Source of the DNA: Candidatus Magasanikiibacteriota bacterium
GTDB lineage: Bacteria > Patescibacteriota > Patescibacteriia > Magasanikbacterales > GWA2-37-8
Direction: 5' to 3'
Assembly (NCBI GenBank): GCA_963840935.1
Contig: CAWJAS010000001.1
Coordinates: forward strand, 706,790-770,789
DNA: 64,000 bases
The translations under genes were made by a program, and so were the position numbers. Shown piece by piece: positions 19,572 through 29,251 of the stretch; the stretch's first letter is position 1; each line of letters opens with the position of its first letter. The notes beneath the pieces were generated by a model. It had not been told where the DNA came from. It worked only from the letters and a program-made list of their open reading frames with translations, and did no database searches.

Positions 19572-22500
19572 TTAAAATCTACCGTGCCAAACATTGCCAC
19601 GACCGCCGGAATTGTAGGTCATCTGCGAGTTCAAATTATCACCAGTGCTCAAATCATCATAAATTTTCGTTTCCGGATCGCCCGAACCGTCGTCCAGCGC
19701 GCGCAAGCGCGTCAAAGCAATCGGGTCATTAGTCAGATTATCCGGCATCTTCACCGAACCGCCATATTGGCTGGCGACGGCCAATGTTTTGACCGGTAAA
19801 CCAACAAACATTTTTTTAACTCCGTCTAAAATCGCCGCTACCTGCTCTTCGCTTTCAATACCCGGGGCGTAATAAATACCATTGAGCATCAATGCCGGTT
19901 TTTTATCTTCATCCATGGCGAAACTACCAAAAATAAAACCAAGGTTTTCACTGGATGTTTGTTTAGGCGTATCATACAATGCTTCACCTTGCGGTTTTTC
20001 CATGGAGATAACAAACGATAGCGGGTCGGCGTTAATTGAGGCGACCCAATATTTATTTTCCGTGCCATGTTGAACCACCATATTGTAATTGTTGCTCGAA
20101 AAACAGCAAATTTTGCTGTCGGCAAAGCGCACCATATTCATCAGTTGTTTGGTTTTGTCCATATAGCGCAAACCGACGCGTTGGTGCTTTTTTTCTTCAC
20201 CGCGCGACATCGGCCGAACATAAGTCAATGTGTCTTGAATAGTTTGAAACGGCCCCTGCAAATGACTCTCCAATTCCTGCACCAAAGCCACATCGCTTTC
20301 GCGCAATCGCTCTTCGCCCAGCACCTGCATGCTGATAAAAGTAAAAATGGCGCTCGGTGATTTTTCTGTCAAGGCGATAATTTCTTGTCCGATGGCTTCG
20401 ATTTTTTGGCTTCGCTCACTTGCTGACAAGCCGGCAAACCGGTCTTCCACTTTCATTTCCGACACCATCTGGCGCTCATTTTCCAATTTGGTCAGTTCGG
20501 CCTGAATATTCGCGATTTGTTTTTCTAAACGCGGTTTGTTTTTTTCATCAGCCCTCTCCAGCCCTTCGCGCAAATTGCCCAGGGCTTTCTTTTTGCGCGC
20601 AATTTCACTAACCACGGCTTTGGCTCGCTCATTTCCGCCCCGCAATGCCACCAGCAAATCCTTTTTCATCTTTTTTAAGTCCAGCCGTTTTGCGTCCAGG
20701 CGGGGAATCAATTCTTCTCCGCGGATAACAATTCGCTCGTCGTCAAACACGCTGTCCAAAGTGGCTTCGAGCAACATTTTTTCGCCCAATTTTTTCCAAT
20801 TATCTTTAAGGTCATTTTTGGCGCGGTCACGCAGGTCAGGCCATTCTCTATCAATTTCTGAAATTAACTGTCCGCGATCAGCAAAGGTCTGCGCCGATGA
20901 CATCTGCGTTAAATATTTTTCAGCCATTTCAGTTTTTTCTTGCTGTAAATATTCGCGGTAGAGAGGGAATATCAAAACTACGCCGAGTTCGCCCCGGCCA
21001 AGAGCTCGGCCGATTTCTGCATTGGCATTTTTTATGGCCGCATTTTCACTTACCTCAAAACTCACTTCCTGATAAGCCCGTTCATTTTTTTCACCAAAAT
21101 AATGACCGTCTTCCAGCCGAGAACAAACCTCAGTTGTTTCGGTTTTTTTTAATCCGCCCCGCTCGAGCGCCGAAGCAAACGCATGCATCGGCTCTTTGTG
21201 CGTGCGCAATTTGGCAATCAAATCCAGCATTTCTTTGAATTTGGCAAAACTGTAATTGTTTATTAAATTGAAACGGTCATCCCCACCGTGGAGTAAATAA
21301 TAAATCATGGCCGAGTGTTCGTCGCGATTAAGGGCGGTAATAAGCGAGCGCGAGTCGGTAAATTTTTCAAACTCGGTTTGCTTGGAACGGATATCGGCCA
21401 CGCGTTCGGAAATATTTTTTGTCCGCCAATTCTTATCTTCGTAAATAAATTCCAAAATTTCTTTGCTCGGCATCACGCCGAGCTCTCCGACCACGCTCTG
21501 CAAAACTTCCAGCCGTCGATTTTCACTTTCCATCGTCACCGGCCCTTGTTTGTTTTCCGGCAATTTTTTTCGTTCAGACCGATTGGCTACTCCGCGCTCT
21601 TTCCACCACTCGGCCACATCTTTTGGCAAATAACCTTTGTCGCATAATTTGCCGAATAAATACAAAGCCAGATGATTGTTTAGGCGGGGGTCGCCGGCCA
21701 GGCGCAAAATTATGTCATTGCCTCGCCAGTCGTCAAAATTATCCAAAAATACTTTTATAACGCGAGGCAAATGTCCGGCTTCCATTTTTTCCGCCATATC
21801 GCCTGGCTCGCTTTCGTCGCGAATCAAATCCAACAGCAATTGGCGCGTATCCTCGCCCAGCGTACCGACGGCTTCGCTCAATTGTTTGGTAATAGCGCGT
21901 TCGTCAAATTTTTTGCGCTCCACCGAGACCTTTAATTCTTGATGTAAACGATTACGCACCGCCCGTCGCTGATTTTCTTCCTCTGATTTCTTTTCCACCA
22001 CCGCTTGGTGAAGCAGGGGCGCCAAAGCCAAATCCAATTCGCGCGACACTGCCGGCCGTTTGTCGTCGGGGATCAATGCCAAAAAATCCGCCCGATCTTT
22101 TTCGGGTAAAACCAATGCATAGTCGGCCAAAAGCTGTTTGTCACTGGTCGCTTTTTTAGCGATTTCATTCATGTCAGGCAAAGTGGATTTTTCAACCAAT
22201 TTTTTTTGCAAACCCAAAAGCATGGCATCTGCCAGCAAACTGGACGGAGCAACTTTGGGCACATTTTTACAAGCCGAAAGATATTTATCAGCGGTCTCCA
22301 TTTCCACATCCGGATACACACCGGCAACCAAACTCATTTTTGCCGCCCGCGCCATGGATAAGGCAGCCAAATCGGGAAACAATTCAGCCGTGTCTTCGGC
22401 TTTGGATATTAAAATTTTATACTGTCCTGTTGCCTCTTCGGTAGATAAATCATCTTGACTTCCACCGCCGGCTTCACTGTTAACTTTGGCCAAATCAGCA

Positions 22501-22679
22501 TCATAGCGCTCGCGCATAGCGCCGGTTGACCATGGTTGTTGCAAATTCAGTGCGTTGATGCGTAATTCTTGAGACCGTTTCCGCATTTCCGCGCGAATAT
22601 GTATGTTGCCAAATTCGGCCACAGATTTATTGTTGGCTTCTATGAAGTCCGATGGGTGTTGTCCTTCGCCTTTGCGCAT
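19572..22679 (-). CDS. Large hypothetical helical/coiled-coil protein inside the DGR cassette
   Basis: 1035-aa ORF overlapping the RT 3' end by 40 bp; long coiled coil; C-terminal globular region with ADSKICCF. Confidence 0.8.
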   Translation of the reverse strand: MRKGEGQHPSDFIEANNKSVAEFGNIHIRAEMRKRSQELRINALNLQQPWSTGAMRERYDADLAKVNSEAGGGSQDDLSTEEATGQYKILISKAEDTAELFPDLAALSMARAAKMSLVAGVYPDVEMETADKYLSACKNVPKVAPSSLLADAMLLGLQKKLVEKSTLPDMNEIAKKATSDKQLLADYALVLPEKDRADFLALIPDDKRPAVSRELDLALAPLLHQAVVEKKSEEENQRRAVRNRLHQELKVSVERKKFDERAITKQLSEAVGTLGEDTRQLLLDLIRDESEPGDMAEKMEAGHLPRVIKVFLDNFDDWRGNDIILRLAGDPRLNNHLALYLFGKLCDKGYLPKDVAEWWKERGVANRSERKKLPENKQGPVTMESENRRLEVLQSVVGELGVMPSKEILEFIYEDKNWRTKNISERVADIRSKQTEFEKFTDSRSLITALNRDEHSAMIYYLLHGGDDRFNLINNYSFAKFKEMLDLIAKLRTHKEPMHAFASALERGGLKKTETTEVCSRLEDGHYFGEKNERAYQEVSFEVSENAAIKNANAEIGRALGRGELGVVLIFPLYREYLQQEKTEMAEKYLTQMSSAQTFADRGQLISEIDREWPDLRDRAKNDLKDNWKKLGEKMLLEATLDSVFDDERIVIRGEELIPRLDAKRLDLKKMKKDLLVALRGGNERAKAVVSEIARKKKALGNLREGLERADEKNKPRLEKQIANIQAELTKLENERQMVSEMKVEDRFAGLSASERSQKIEAIGQEIIALTEKSPSAIFTFISMQVLGEERLRESDVALVQELESHLQGPFQTIQDTLTYVRPMSRGEEKKHQRVGLRYMDKTKQLMNMVRFADSKICCFSSNNYNMVVQHGTENKYWVASINADPLSFVISMEKPQGEALYDTPKQTSSENLGFIFGSFAMDEDKKPALMLNGIYYAPGIESEEQVAAILDGVKKMFVGLPVKTLAVASQYGGSVKMPDNLTNDPIALTRLRALDDGSGDPETKIYDDLSTGDNLNSQMTYNSGGRGNVWHGRF

Positions 22680-23647
22680 ATCTTGTTTTTGATTAACCAG
22701 TTATAATTTTTTAGATGTTTAAGATGGTGTTGCTTTGCCAGACCATAATAGCTGGGTACATTCCGCCGATTCAATCGAGATTTTGCTCTGCGCCAAATTT
22801 TAGCTTTGAGCCGTCGGCCAGTAGGATAGATTTCTACGCCCAAAAAATGGATACCCCGCCGCACAGGTAATAATATATCATTTTTACGGTTTATTTCAAG
22901 TCCAAGAGCATTTTTTAAGAATATCAACACTCTCTCTCGTAAATCTTTTGTTCCTATTCTTGTCTGAGTTATTATTATAAAATCATCGCCATAACGAAGA
23001 TAAAATTGCGGTTTTAAAATATGTTTTACAAATCGATCCAATTCATTGAGATAAATATTGGCGAAAATCTGGCTGGTCAAATTGCCGATAGGGATTCCCC
23101 GCTGGTCAGCTTCTCTTTTGTTTTGTCCAGAGTGAATATAACTGCCAATAATTATTTTAAGCAGGTTAGTTGTTTTGGTATCTTTAATACGGCGCGCCAT
23201 AATGCAAAGCAATACATCATGCTTTACGCTGTCAAAAAACTTGGTAATATCCGCCCGCCAGATAAAACTTTGAGAATATTTTTTAAACATTTTTTCCGTT
23301 CGCGCGATTGCCCCAATCAATCCTTTTTCTTTACGGCAAGACCAAGCGTCGTAAATAAAAGTTTTGTCGTAAATCTGCACAAGATATTCATAAACCAAAC
23401 GATGAAAAACCCGATCGCGAACACTGGCGACCGCGATATCACGGCGTTTGTTATCCGTCACCGTAAAATGCTGATACGGACCATGTATATATTGCCCGTT
23501 GTTCAAGTCCGTAAAAAGCCCCCATAAATTGTTTTCCAAAAAATATTGAAACAAATCAAGTTCATTTGTTCTTCTTTTTCCTCGGCGAAATTCAAACCAA
23601 CTTTGCCAAATATTATTTAAACTTAAATCAACGGGCGCTTTAAACAT
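22640..23647 (-). CDS. DGR-type reverse transcriptase
   Basis: KRRDIAVASVRDRVFH, ADITKFFDSV, GIPIGNLTSQIFANIYLNELD (DGR SQ motif), YLRYGDDF, FLG; no maturase or endonuclease domain. Confidence 0.95.
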   Translation of the reverse strand: MFKAPVDLSLNNIWQSWFEFRRGKRRTNELDLFQYFLENNLWGLFTDLNNGQYIHGPYQHFTVTDNKRRDIAVASVRDRVFHRLVYEYLVQIYDKTFIYDAWSCRKEKGLIGAIARTEKMFKKYSQSFIWRADITKFFDSVKHDVLLCIMARRIKDTKTTNLLKIIIGSYIHSGQNKREADQRGIPIGNLTSQIFANIYLNELDRFVKHILKPQFYLRYGDDFIIITQTRIGTKDLRERVLIFLKNALGLEINRKNDILLPVRRGIHFLGVEIYPTGRRLKAKIWRRAKSRLNRRNVPSYYGLAKQHHLKHLKNYNWLIKNKICAKAKDNTHRTS

Positions 23648-23675
23648 AATATTCTTAATTGATTCATCTTAATAT

Positions 23676-24020
23676 ATGCTAACATTACCCATAATCAATC
23701 AGGTTTACGAGGTGTATAAAATAATGGCGGACATAAATATCCACACAGAAAAACGCTGGCGTTATTCATTGGGCTCAAGTTTGGAAAACACAATTTTAGA
23801 TTGTATGTCCGAACTGATCATGGCCAAAAATGCGCCAAAACCAATTAAGGCCGGTCATCTTATTCAGGCCGGCGCGCATTTAGAAATATCAATCTTAAAA
23901 TTGCGACTATTTTTGGAGTTAAAAATTGCCAATGAAACAAAAGTTTTTCAGGCGCAAGCCAAAATCCGAGAGATTGGAAGAATGCTCGGTGGCTGGCTGA
24001 AGTCCTTGCAAAATACATAA
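23676..24020 (+). CDS. avd: Avd-like accessory variability determinant (four-helix bundle)
   Basis: 114 aa; KRWRYSLG..LE, LKLRLFLEL, EIGRMLGGWLKS; located between TR and RT. Confidence 0.85.
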   Translation: MLTLPIINQVYEVYKIMADINIHTEKRWRYSLGSSLENTILDCMSELIMAKNAPKPIKAGHLIQAGAHLEISILKLRLFLELKIANETKVFQAQAKIREIGRMLGGWLKSLQNT

Positions 24021-24021
24021 A

Positions 24022-24135
24022 CCTCACCGCGGAGCGGAGACCGTTGTTGTCGTTCCGATTGCCAGGATCGTTCCTGTTCAAGTTGGCCTGGCGGTTGTCG
24101 CGGTTCCAGTAGGCGTTGCCCAGGTTGCCGAAAGC
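24022..24135 (-). ncRNA. DGR template repeat (TR)
   Basis: Minus strand gctttcggcAACctgggcAACgcctactggAACcgcgacAAC...AACAACggtctccgctccgcggtgagg; 11 AAY codons, 29 A in 114 nt. Confidence 0.95.
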
Positions 24136-24434
24136 ATTAGTGATAATATCCGTCCGTAAAATTGAATGACCGCGGTCAATCCAAAATTGCGCCTATTGCG
24201 CTAAACAAACCCGCGCGGGGGTATAGATATTACTCATCACGGTGGGATTTATGTGTAAGGGTTTACGCCACACGATATTTGCTAAAATATTTTAGAAATA
24301 CTTCGCGTTTTTTCGGCGTTTGAACATAGCGGCAGCCCGCCCCAAGGCGGGTGGCTTTTCACCGGGTATGTTATTTTTTTTAAAAACGAAAAACCCCAAA
24401 ACCAAAAGAAAAAAGAAAAAACAAAGGCCAAAGA

Positions 24435-25424
24435 TCAAGCACCCACCCCCACCGCGGAGCGGAGACCGCTGTCGTCGTACCGACTGCCAGGAACGCTCCT
24501 GACCAAGAAGGCCCGGCGGCCGTCGCGGTCCCAGCAGGCGTAGCCCAGGTTGCCGAAAGCGGGATTAAAGGTGCCGGCGAGGAAACAGGCACTGCCTTTG
24601 CCTTGGTAATTATCAATCACCTGGTTGGTTTTGTGCAGGTGAGTAAGCATTTGGGTGGTCCAATCCTCGATGGTCAGGCCTTGTTCATGCCGGTAGGTTG
24701 GGTCGGTTTGTAGGGTTTTGAGATATTGCTGTGGTTCTTTGCCTGCTTCCAACTGTTTTCTGTTGTTCAGGGTTTTGCCTTTGCCCTCTCTCGGTATATT
24801 CGGGCTGGCTTCCAAGAGGATGACATTCCAGCCGGGGAAGGGCGAGTTGTTTTTGTTTTGTTTGTCGATTATTTGTTGTTTGGTCTGGCCGTTATGGTTT
24901 TTCTCGTCAAAGGATTCGGGGTAGTAAACGCACTTGCCGGTAACATCGGCCCCTCTCTCGCCCTGTGGGGCGTTCGGGTCGAGCCATTCGTCCAAGGTGT
25001 AAAGGGGTTGGTTGGTGTCTAATTCCAATGGTTCGTCCGGGTCAGTGTCTTTGTCCTTGGTAGCCAGGAGTTTACCTTGTCTGTGGTGTTCGAGGATTTG
25101 TTTCTCTAAAGTGTGGGTTAATCGTTCAAGCGGGACAGCAAAAGAGGTGAGCTGTAGTTCGGTGAAACCTTGTTTTCTTTTGGTATCATATTTTTCTTTG
25201 TCTTTCTCTAATTCGGCCTTAATCTCCGTCCAGCTTGGGACCGGGTATTCTTTGCCGTCAATGCCAACCACGCCCTTGGCTTCGGCTTCGGGTAAGATAT
25301 CCAAAAGACCAATCTCGTTAAGAGCGGTCACTTGCTCTATGTATTGTCTTTTTACCTCATTCTCCAGCCAGTATTCAAAGGAGGAGGCGTCACGGGCTTC
25401 GGGTGAGGGGCGGTGTTCGGGCAT
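24435..25424 (-). CDS. DGR target protein 2 (paralog of target 1)
   Basis: 329 aa, same length as target 1; 3' end carries VR2. Confidence 0.9.
   Translation of the reverse strand: MPEHRPSPEARDASSFEYWLENEVKRQYIEQVTALNEIGLLDILPEAEAKGVVGIDGKEYPVPSWTEIKAELEKDKEKYDTKRKQGFTELQLTSFAVPLERLTHTLEKQILEHHRQGKLLATKDKDTDPDEPLELDTNQPLYTLDEWLDPNAPQGERGADVTGKCVYYPESFDEKNHNGQTKQQIIDKQNKNNSPFPGWNVILLEASPNIPREGKGKTLNNRKQLEAGKEPQQYLKTLQTDPTYRHEQGLTIEDWTTQMLTHLHKTNQVIDNYQGKGSACFLAGTFNPAFGNLGYACWDRDGRRAFLVRSVPGSRYDDSGLRSAVGVGA
24447..24560 (-). repeat. DGR variable region VR2
   Basis: 114-bp ungapped match to TR; all 17 mismatches are at TR adenines. Confidence 0.95.
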
Positions 25425-25590
25425 ATTAAATTATAAAATAAGTATGTCGTCGAATTGACAAAAGTATGAATAAATAATAGCAAATATTATATACCATGTC
25501 CAACAAACGCGCAGACAAATAAATTTATCGAAAAATTGACAAAAAATACATAAAAGCTGATAATAAGGTAATTGAAAAAATAAAAAATTT

Positions 25591-26829
25591 ATGCACAAAC
25601 AAAAACTTGAACAATTTGATACGGAAATTTTCTCGGCCATTGCCAAAGAAAAAGCCCGCGAGGAAAACGGACTGGAAATGATTCCATCGGAAAACTTTGT
25701 TTCCACCGCGGTTTTGGAAGCCCTGGGTTCGATTTTGACAAACAAATATTCGGAAGGATACCCGGGCAAACGCTATTATGGCGGATGCGAATATATTGAT
25801 GAAATAGAAACGCTCGCAATTGAACGCGCCAAACAATTATTCGGAGCCGAACATGTTAATGTTCAACCGCTTTCCGGCGCGCCGGCCAATATTGCCGTGT
25901 ATTTTGCTTTGCTTGAACCGGGCGACACTATTCTTGGCATGGATTTGGCTCATGGCGGGCATCTCACTCACGGCCATCCTGTCACCTACATGGCAAAATT
26001 GTATAATTTTATTCGCTATGGCACAGGTGCCGACGGACTTATTAATTATGAAGAGCTGCGTCAAACCGCCCTTGGACACAAACCAAAAATTATTCTGGCT
26101 GGCTACAGCGCCTATTCGCGTCTGATTGATTGGAAAAAAATAAAAAATATTGCCGATGAAGTGGGCGCAATCACCATGGCGGACATTGCTCACATTGCCG
26201 GACTTATCGCCGGAGGTGTAATGGAAAATCCTGTTCCGATTTTTGATGTTGTCACCACCACAACGCACAAAACTTTGCGCGGACCCAGAGGCGGAATGAT
26301 AATGTGCAAAAAACAATTCGCCAAAGCGATTGATAAATCAGTTTTCCCGGGATTCCAAGGCGGACCGCATGAAAATAATATCGCCGCTAAAGCAATTTCT
26401 TTTAAAGAAGCGCTGGAACCGGAATTCAAAGAATACGCAAAACAAATTTTAAAAAACGCGAAGGTTTTGGAAGAAGAATTCAAAAAACGAGATTACAATA
26501 TTTGTTTTGGCGGAACTGATAACCATCTTTTGCTGATTGATTTGACAAACAAAAATATTACCGGCAAGGAAGCGCAAATTGCTTTGGACAAAGCCGGAAT
26601 TACAGTTAATAAAAATATGGTGCCAAATGACCCGCGCTCGCCCATGGACCCGTCAGGTATTCGCCTTGGCACACCGGCCCTAACCACTCGCGGGATGAAA
26701 GAAGATGAAATGCGCAAAATTGCCGAATGGATTGATACGGCGATAAAAAATTACCAAAACGATGATGAACTTCAAAAAATAAAAAATGAGGTCATTAACC
26801 TCACAAAACAATTCCCACTTTACTATTAA
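25591..26829 (+). CDS. glyA: Serine hydroxymethyltransferase
   Basis: [43 protein letters not shown]. Confidence 0.98.
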   Translation: MHKQKLEQFDTEIFSAIAKEKAREENGLEMIPSENFVSTAVLEALGSILTNKYSEGYPGKRYYGGCEYIDEIETLAIERAKQLFGAEHVNVQPLSGAPANIAVYFALLEPGDTILGMDLAHGGHLTHGHPVTYMAKLYNFIRYGTGADGLINYEELRQTALGHKPKIILAGYSAYSRLIDWKKIKNIADEVGAITMADIAHIAGLIAGGVMENPVPIFDVVTTTTHKTLRGPRGGMIMCKKQFAKAIDKSVFPGFQGGPHENNIAAKAISFKEALEPEFKEYAKQILKNAKVLEEEFKKRDYNICFGGTDNHLLLIDLTNKNITGKEAQIALDKAGITVNKNMVPNDPRSPMDPSGIRLGTPALTTRGMKEDEMRKIAEWIDTAIKNYQNDDELQKIKNEVINLTKQFPLYY

Positions 26830-26859
26830 TAAAAAAATCGCCGACTGGCGATTTTTTAA

Positions 26860-28299
26860 TTATTTAATCTCTTTTACTTCCAATAAATTAGTCGTCCCCG
26901 GTTTGCCTACCGGTTCGCCCGTGACAAGAACAATTTTGTCGCCTTTTTTTAAAAATTTTCTCTTCTGAACATATTCCATAAATGCGGAAATCAAATCTTC
27001 GATTGATTTTTTTGTTGGAAGCAAAAATGGATATAAGCCCCAAGATAAACAAAGTTGGCGCCCGGCAACAATCGACTTAACTCCGACAAAAACAGGTAAT
27101 TGCGGTCGTACTCTACTGACTAACCGGCCGGTATTACCGGTAGCCGAAGCCACGAGAATAGCTTTGGCGCCCACTTGTGTGGCAATCACGCCGGAAAGAC
27201 CGGCTATGGCTTTGCTTATTGAATGATGTGGATGAAGCTCTTTCAAAGGGTCCACATCATCATATTTTGATTTTTCCGCTGCTATAATGATTTTGACCAT
27301 TGTCTTTACGGCTTCAACCGGATATTTTCCGGAAGCTGTTTCATTGGAAAGCATCAAAGCATCAGCATGGTCAATAACCGCGTTAGCCACATCAGTGATT
27401 TCCGCTCTGGTTGGCCTTCGGTTTATTTGCATTGAATCGAGCATTTGCGTGGCGACTATAACCGGCTTAACAGCAGTATTAGCTTTTTCAATAATTTTTT
27501 TCTGAATCAACGGCATGTCGGACATTTTTGTTTCCATGGCCAAATCTCCGCGCGCCACCATTACTCCGTCCGCTTCTTTAATAATTTCATTTATATTTTT
27601 TACCGCTTCGTTTCTTTCAATTTTCGCCACAATAAACACCGGTGCGGTTCGCTTGATTTTTAAATCAGCGATATATTTATTTATTAATTTTCTTGCCTTC
27701 TTTATTTCTTCAGCCGTATGCACAAATGACAAAGCGATAATATCCACCCCGATTTTCAATCCGAATTTTAAATCCTTGCGGTCTTTCTCATTCATTATGG
27801 GAATTTTTAAATTACTATCAGGAAAATTAATTCCTTTGTGCGATTTTATGAGAAATCCCTCAATAACATCGCAATAAATTTTTCTTCCGAATACTTTTTT
27901 TACCCGCACTTCGGCATGGCCGTCATCAATCAAAAGTCTATGCTTTGGTTTGATAAATTTTTCTAATCCCGGAAAATATAACGGCAGTTCTTCGTCTTTA
28001 TATTCAATAGACGCGGTATTGATCACAATCGATTGCCCGCTTTTAATTAAAACCCCTTCTTTGGGCATAAGTCCGATTCGTAATTTTGGACCCTGAATAT
28101 CTTGCATTATACCGACCGGTACGCCAACTTCTTTTTCCGCTCTCCGAATATTACGAACTAGTCCGGCATGATTTTCATAAGTACCGTGCGAAAAATTAAG
28201 ACGGGCGACATTAACGCCCGCTTTAACCAATGACTTGATTATTGCGTAAGACTCCGAAGCCGGACCGATGGTGGCGACTATTTTTGTGCTTTTTTGCAT
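26860..28299 (-). CDS. pyk: Pyruvate kinase
   Basis: TKIVATIGPAS, RLNFSHG, AKIE, MVARGDL, ATQMLDSM, MLSNETA. Confidence 0.98.
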   Translation of the reverse strand: MQKSTKIVATIGPASESYAIIKSLVKAGVNVARLNFSHGTYENHAGLVRNIRRAEKEVGVPVGIMQDIQGPKLRIGLMPKEGVLIKSGQSIVINTASIEYKDEELPLYFPGLEKFIKPKHRLLIDDGHAEVRVKKVFGRKIYCDVIEGFLIKSHKGINFPDSNLKIPIMNEKDRKDLKFGLKIGVDIIALSFVHTAEEIKKARKLINKYIADLKIKRTAPVFIVAKIERNEAVKNINEIIKEADGVMVARGDLAMETKMSDMPLIQKKIIEKANTAVKPVIVATQMLDSMQINRRPTRAEITDVANAVIDHADALMLSNETASGKYPVEAVKTMVKIIIAAEKSKYDDVDPLKELHPHHSISKAIAGLSGVIATQVGAKAILVASATGNTGRLVSRVRPQLPVFVGVKSIVAGRQLCLSWGLYPFLLPTKKSIEDLISAFMEYVQKRKFLKKGDKIVLVTGEPVGKPGTTNLLEVKEIK

Positions 28300-28307
28300 A
28301 CCTCCTT

Positions 28308-28775
28308 TTAATTATTCATTGCTTTGAGCTGTTCCGCTTGCTGTGGATTGAGGTTCAGTAAATTTAATATTTTTTGCAAAGCGTTTGTCTCGTCATTTTT
28401 ATCGGTTGTGACCGATTGAAACTGCCCGACAATTAAATCGTATTGTTGGTTAACTTTTTTTACAATCGGCCAGCCATACCAAGCTCCCCAAATAAGAACA
28501 GCTAATATTAAAAGCCATTTGACCCAAGCAATTACAGCCGTAAGAGTCAGCCGGCGTATAATTCGCCTATTTTGTTCGTAAATAATCTGCGACCATTTCA
28601 AATTTTTTTCAAGCATTTCTTGTATATCGCTAAAATGACCGGGTTTTTCATCTAATTTTTTTTTATCAAAACCGATGAAATTGCCCTTGTGACCGGTTTT
28701 TTCAACTTCTTTTATTTCTTTTCCGGCTGTTTCGGAAACATCTTCCGTGCCGGTTTCTTTTTTAATTTCCTCCAT
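28308..28775 (-). CDS. Hypothetical single-pass membrane protein
   Basis: 155-aa ORF with one TM helix, in operon context. Confidence 0.7.
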   Translation of the reverse strand: MEEIKKETGTEDVSETAGKEIKEVEKTGHKGNFIGFDKKKLDEKPGHFSDIQEMLEKNLKWSQIIYEQNRRIIRRLTLTAVIAWVKWLLILAVLIWGAWYGWPIVKKVNQQYDLIVGQFQSVTTDKNDETNALQKILNLLNLNPQQAEQLKAMNN

Positions 28776-28790
28776 AAACGAGGTGTTAAA

Positions 28791-29249
28791 TTATGAATTG
28801 CCGTTTTTTATTTTTTTTAATTCTTTTTCAAAAGTTTTTACGTCTTTAAAATCTCGATAGACGCTCGCAAAACGAATATAGGCCACTTTATCAAAAACGC
28901 GCAGATGCTTCATCACAATTTCTCCCAAATCCTTACTGGATATTTCTCGTTTTTTTCTTTTTTGAATGGCGCGTTCAATAGCGTGAATCAAACGATTAAA
29001 ATCATCAGCCGTATAAGCGCGTTTTGAAAGCGACTGCTTAATACCGCGCTCAATTTTGTCGCGCATATAGCTTTCACGCCGACCGTCGCTTTTGACCACC
29101 ACAATATCCAATAACTCAATCTCCTCAACAGTTGAAAATCTGTATGAACACTTGTTGCATTCACGTCTTCGGCGGATAACAAGTCCGTCGCTCGTGGCAC
29201 GGCTATCAACCACACTGGTCTCCAAATTATTACATACCGGACATCTCAT
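28791..29249 (-). CDS. nrdR: Transcriptional repressor NrdR
   Basis: MRCPVC..DSR..IRRRREC..RFSTVE; ATP cone; DKVAYIRFASVY. Confidence 0.97.
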   Translation of the reverse strand: MRCPVCNNLETSVVDSRATSDGLVIRRRRECNKCSYRFSTVEEIELLDIVVVKSDGRRESYMRDKIERGIKQSLSKRAYTADDFNRLIHAIERAIQKRKKREISSKDLGEIVMKHLRVFDKVAYIRFASVYRDFKDVKTFEKELKKIKNGNS

Positions 29250-29251
29250 AA

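Larger units (their letters stand above)
18512..25424. mobile_element. Diversity-generating retroelement cassette with two targets
   Basis: RT + Avd + TR + two VR-bearing genes between elp3 and glyA. Confidence 0.92.

Noticed and set aside
22640-23647. RT as a group II intron, retron or CRISPR-associated RT
   Set aside because: It has no maturase/endonuclease domain, intron ends or cas genes. The SQ motif, Avd and adenine-specific TR/VR pairs identify it as a DGR.
23860-24081. 73-aa Asn-rich ORF (MNRNDPGNRNDNNGLRSAV)
   Set aside because: It is the TR read in the VR frame running into antisense avd, not a credible gene.
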